39,167 nucleotides of DNA from an uncultured Methanosarcinales archaeon (GTDB lineage: Archaea > Nanobdellota > Nanobdellia > Woesearchaeales > CAZYIM01): the NCBI GenBank assembly GCA_964647565.1, contig CAZYIM010000003.1, positions 67,045 through 106,211 on the forward strand, read 5' to 3'. Made by a program: the position numbers and the translations under genes. The notes beneath the pieces were generated by a model. It worked only from the letters and a program-made list of their open reading frames with translations. It did no database searches and was not told the DNA's origin. Positions 36,284-39,167 of this stretch are shown here, piece by piece (position 1 is the first letter of the stretch; the number at the start of each line of letters is the position of its first letter).

Positions 36284-36373
36284 TGCGTCTGCCGGGAGTC
36301 GAACCCGGGTCACAAGCTCTTTCTGCATATTTGTGCTTGGGAAGCTCGTATCATACCGTTGGACCACAGACGC
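36284..36373 (-). tRNA. tRNA-Gly(CCC) with a 19 nt intron at 37/38 (36319-36337)
   Basis: Acceptor GCGTCTG/CAGACGC, anticodon stem CGAGC/GCTTG, T-arm CCGGG-TTCGACT-CCCGG; the intron forms a BHB-like motif. Confidence 0.92.
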
Positions 36374-36429
36374 TTAATTATTCCTAACTAAATTAATATA
36401 AGAACTTAAAAATAAATTTAAAAAACTTT

Positions 36430-37176
36430 CTAAAACTTGATTTCTCCACCGATTGAATAGAAAGTTGCGGGTTTTATGCCTTTTTCAAACGGTTGTATTC
36501 TTCTTGCCTCTGTAAAGAGTTTAAAACACGGCGCACGACCTTCGACCTTGAGTGCAAATTCTGCATGGTTGAAATCGCTGTATTCCTTGTTCCATGCCCA
36601 AAGCATTTCTGGTGTCAAGAATATTCCGCCTTTGAAATCTCTTAATGCATTCTCTATATCGCTTGTAATAAATCCTTTTGAGAGCCTTATATCTTGGCTT
36701 GTTTTTAGATGTGCATAGTCTAATTTGCTGTCTAGATCACGTGTTACCATGATGGTCGGGCTTAAAGGTAACTTGCCTTCAAGTTCAAGATAGACTTCTT
36801 GTAGCATAGGATCTTCTGAATCAGGGTAGTAGAATTGAACATATCCTGCCGTTGCATCCAATAATTTAGTTTCTTTTTTTGCTGAAATATTTATATCGAA
36901 CTCATACAACTCTCTTGCTCCGGACTTAAGATTAATATTTTCGTTTGCCCACAGATTGAGATTTATGAATTTGTAGCCAATATCAGCTGAGAACTGGTTA
37001 GCATAGCTGTTTTTCGGATGCTGCCTAATCCCTCTGAAAAAGTAGTCTGTCTTAGTGTATCCTAGTGCAAAGCTCCAAGGGCTTTTTGGAGTCTTGTCTT
37101 GAGCCAGGCCTTTAGTAAGTGGTAATAAAGTCAAGCCACTAAGTAGAGTTGTTAATAATGCTTTTTTAAACTTCAT
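36430..37176 (-). CDS. Secreted protein resembling the TorF/Gcw_chp putative porin family
   Basis: Signal peptide ending GLA|QD; TDYFFRGIRQ resembles the family's SDYxFRGxSQ motif; C-terminal YSIGGEIKF. Confidence 0.6.
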   Translation of the reverse strand: MKFKKALLTTLLSGLTLLPLTKGLAQDKTPKSPWSFALGYTKTDYFFRGIRQHPKNSYANQFSADIGYKFINLNLWANENINLKSGARELYEFDINISAKKETKLLDATAGYVQFYYPDSEDPMLQEVYLELEGKLPLSPTIMVTRDLDSKLDYAHLKTSQDIRLSKGFITSDIENALRDFKGGIFLTPEMLWAWNKEYSDFNHAEFALKVEGRAPCFKLFTEARRIQPFEKGIKPATFYSIGGEIKF

Positions 37177-37237
37177 TTTGCCACCTTCTATTTATAACCC
37201 TCTAGAAATAGTAAAACATATATAAATTTTATTGAAA

Positions 37238-38956
37238 CTAGTGGAAATATGCATTCAACACATACTGATGAACCATCCTGTGGGTATTGAAGAATGATCC
37301 ATTGTTGGATATGGCGTGCTTCATGACAATAGACCATTGGTTTTTATCCTTATAGTACATGGGAACAATGGTTTTTTCTAGCTTTTCATACATATCATTT
37401 GCATCTGCAACATCGTCGACATTTTCTCCTTTGGTCGGGAATGGACCAATTGACCAGCCAGTAATATTTTCGATATGACCTTCAAGCCACCAACCATCAA
37501 GCACACTTAGGTTTGGCACTCCATTATGACAGGCTTTCATACCACTGGTTCCAGAAGCCTCATGTGGTCTCATTGGAGTGTTCAACCAGATATCAACACC
37601 TGCTACCATCAGTCGAGCCACATACATGTTGTAATTCTCGAGATAGACTGCCTTGATACCGTTGTTGTTTAACTCGTTCATCACGCGTTTGATATTCTTG
37701 ATTATCTCCTTACCCTCTGTATCTCCTGGGTGGGCTTTTCCTCCGTATATTATCTGGATTGGGCCGATCTCGTCCTTGATCTTGATCAGTCTGTTAATTT
37801 CCCTGAATAGCAAGTCAGGCCGCTTGTATGCAGTAGCTCTTCTAGCAAAACCTATGGTGAAATGATCATAATCCATACCGATGTTTTGCCTGCTGTTCAC
37901 ATAATCCATAAGCTTTTTCTTGGCATCCTTGTGTGCATTCAAAACCTCTTCATTAGGAATACCTAGGGCATATCTGAGTGCAAATGAGTCCCAGCTCCAA
38001 CCAGGGATGTATTTATCATATAACTTTTTGAAAGCTTCAACAGTCCAGGTGAACGAATGTACACCATTGGTGATTGAATCTATTGGGTAGCCGGGAAACA
38101 TGTCTCTTGAAACCTCTCCGTGTTTTTTTGCCACTCCATTGATATATTGGCTGAACTGAAGACCAAGACAGGTCATGTTTACTTTTCCTTCTGAATCTAG
38201 AATATCTTTTATATCAAATGGAAATGAAGGTAGCATTCCTCTTACAAGATCTACTTCAAACTTATCATGGCCCGCAGGAACAGGTGTATGTGTGGTGAAA
38301 ACACACTGTTTTCTTACTTCTTTGATATCATAAAGCTTGTCAACAGAATGTGCTTTTGGATGTTTATGCCTCTCTAATAGCTCAATTGCAAGAAGGCTTG
38401 CGTGACCCTCATTCATATGATATTTCTTAAGACCTGTAAATCCAAGAGCTTCAAGTATCCTGACTCCGCCTATACCCAGGATGATCTCTTGTGCAAACCT
38501 ATATCTTCGATCTCCGCCATAAAGATTGGATGTGATGGTCCTGTCAAAGTCACTATTACCTTCTATGTTTGTATCCAAGAAGAAAATTGGTACAGTATAT
38601 CCTTTAACTCCTTTCACAACATATTCCCAGGCTTGGACTTTGACATCTCTGCCCTCTATTTGTACTGTGATCTGCTCTGGCAATAGTTTACAGAAATCAT
38701 CCTTGTTCCATTTGACTGGCTGTTCAATCTGCTCACCATTATCATTAAGTTTCTGATAAAAATAACCCTGATCATAGAGCAGGCTGATTGCTACAGCAGG
38801 CACGTTCAGATCTGAAAAGGCCTTGATAGTGTCGCCTGCCAAAATGCCCAGACCTCCACTGTAAGTCGGCATGTTCCTGTCAATACCGATCTCCATTGAG
38901 AAATATGCAACTACTCTGTCTTGTTTATGTGTAAGCGGTTTAAGATATCTGTCCAT
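37238..38956 (-). CDS. glgP: Alpha-glucan (glycogen/maltodextrin) phosphorylase, short form
   Basis: YFSME, YSGGLGILAGD, HMNEGH, FTTHTPVPAGHD, ARRATAYKR, EASGTSGMK (PLP lysine). Confidence 0.95.
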   Translation of the reverse strand: MDRYLKPLTHKQDRVVAYFSMEIGIDRNMPTYSGGLGILAGDTIKAFSDLNVPAVAISLLYDQGYFYQKLNDNGEQIEQPVKWNKDDFCKLLPEQITVQIEGRDVKVQAWEYVVKGVKGYTVPIFFLDTNIEGNSDFDRTITSNLYGGDRRYRFAQEIILGIGGVRILEALGFTGLKKYHMNEGHASLLAIELLERHKHPKAHSVDKLYDIKEVRKQCVFTTHTPVPAGHDKFEVDLVRGMLPSFPFDIKDILDSEGKVNMTCLGLQFSQYINGVAKKHGEVSRDMFPGYPIDSITNGVHSFTWTVEAFKKLYDKYIPGWSWDSFALRYALGIPNEEVLNAHKDAKKKLMDYVNSRQNIGMDYDHFTIGFARRATAYKRPDLLFREINRLIKIKDEIGPIQIIYGGKAHPGDTEGKEIIKNIKRVMNELNNNGIKAVYLENYNMYVARLMVAGVDIWLNTPMRPHEASGTSGMKACHNGVPNLSVLDGWWLEGHIENITGWSIGPFPTKGENVDDVADANDMYEKLEKTIVPMYYKDKNQWSIVMKHAISNNGSFFNTHRMVHQYVLNAYFH

Positions 38957-39018
38957 TAATACACCCCCTTGATTTGAAATAATTGTTTGATTGTTTATAA
39001 ATTTATTGCAGATATTTA

Positions 39019-39167
39019 TTATTTTTGCAGCAGCCTGGTTAAGCTGCCAATCAACAAACCAATAAGAGTCGAACCTATTGCAATAAGAACAATGGTTGGT
39101 GTGATCTCACCTTTTCGTAAGCTTAATACCAGGAAGATGATGGTGCCGATGATACCAAAGATAAACC
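39019..39167 (-). CDS. Membrane protein, 5'-partial
   Basis: ...FIFGIIGTIIFLVLSLRKGEITPTIVLIAIGSTLIGLLIGSLTRLLQK*; two hydrophobic helices. Confidence 0.55.
   Translation of the reverse strand, partial: FIFGIIGTIIFLVLSLRKGEITPTIVLIAIGSTLIGLLIGSLTRLLQK

Noticed and set aside
1..39167. CRISPR array, rRNA or IS transposase
   Set aside because: No regularly spaced repeats, rRNA-like segments or transposase motifs were seen.

Overview
AT-rich archaeal sequence, most consistent with a DPANN lineage such as Woesearchaeota. This is inferred from BRE/TATA promoters, two TrmB-family regulators, two tRNAs with 37/38 introns and a cluster of class-III-signal (pilin-like) proteins. The main feature is a ~13.5 kb locus (1-13525) with at least nine paralogues, eight complete and one cut by the window edge. 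Each complete one has a highly divergent ~330-420 aa N-terminal region fused to a conserved C-terminal phospho-His swivel domain of the PEP-utilising enzyme family. The locus has one stand-alone PPDK/PEPS-type ATP-grasp gene and a TrmB regulator with a palindromic operator, and the window contains no pyruvate/PEP-binding TIM barrel. It therefore looks like a split, one-to-many version of the rifampin phosphotransferase / phenylphosphate synthase architecture: one ATP-activating subunit serving a library of substrate-specific acceptor subunits. Downstream are several phosphatases and sugar-phosphate genes (rpiB, rpe, PPi-type pfk, gpmI, glucan phosphorylase). There are also two secreted proteins resembling bacterial outer-membrane beta-barrels, each directly upstream of an intron-containing tRNA, a pilin/vWA/Cys-rich surface operon, and a ~140 nt structured element with an SRP helix-8-like motif. 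No CRISPR array, rRNA or transposase was seen.
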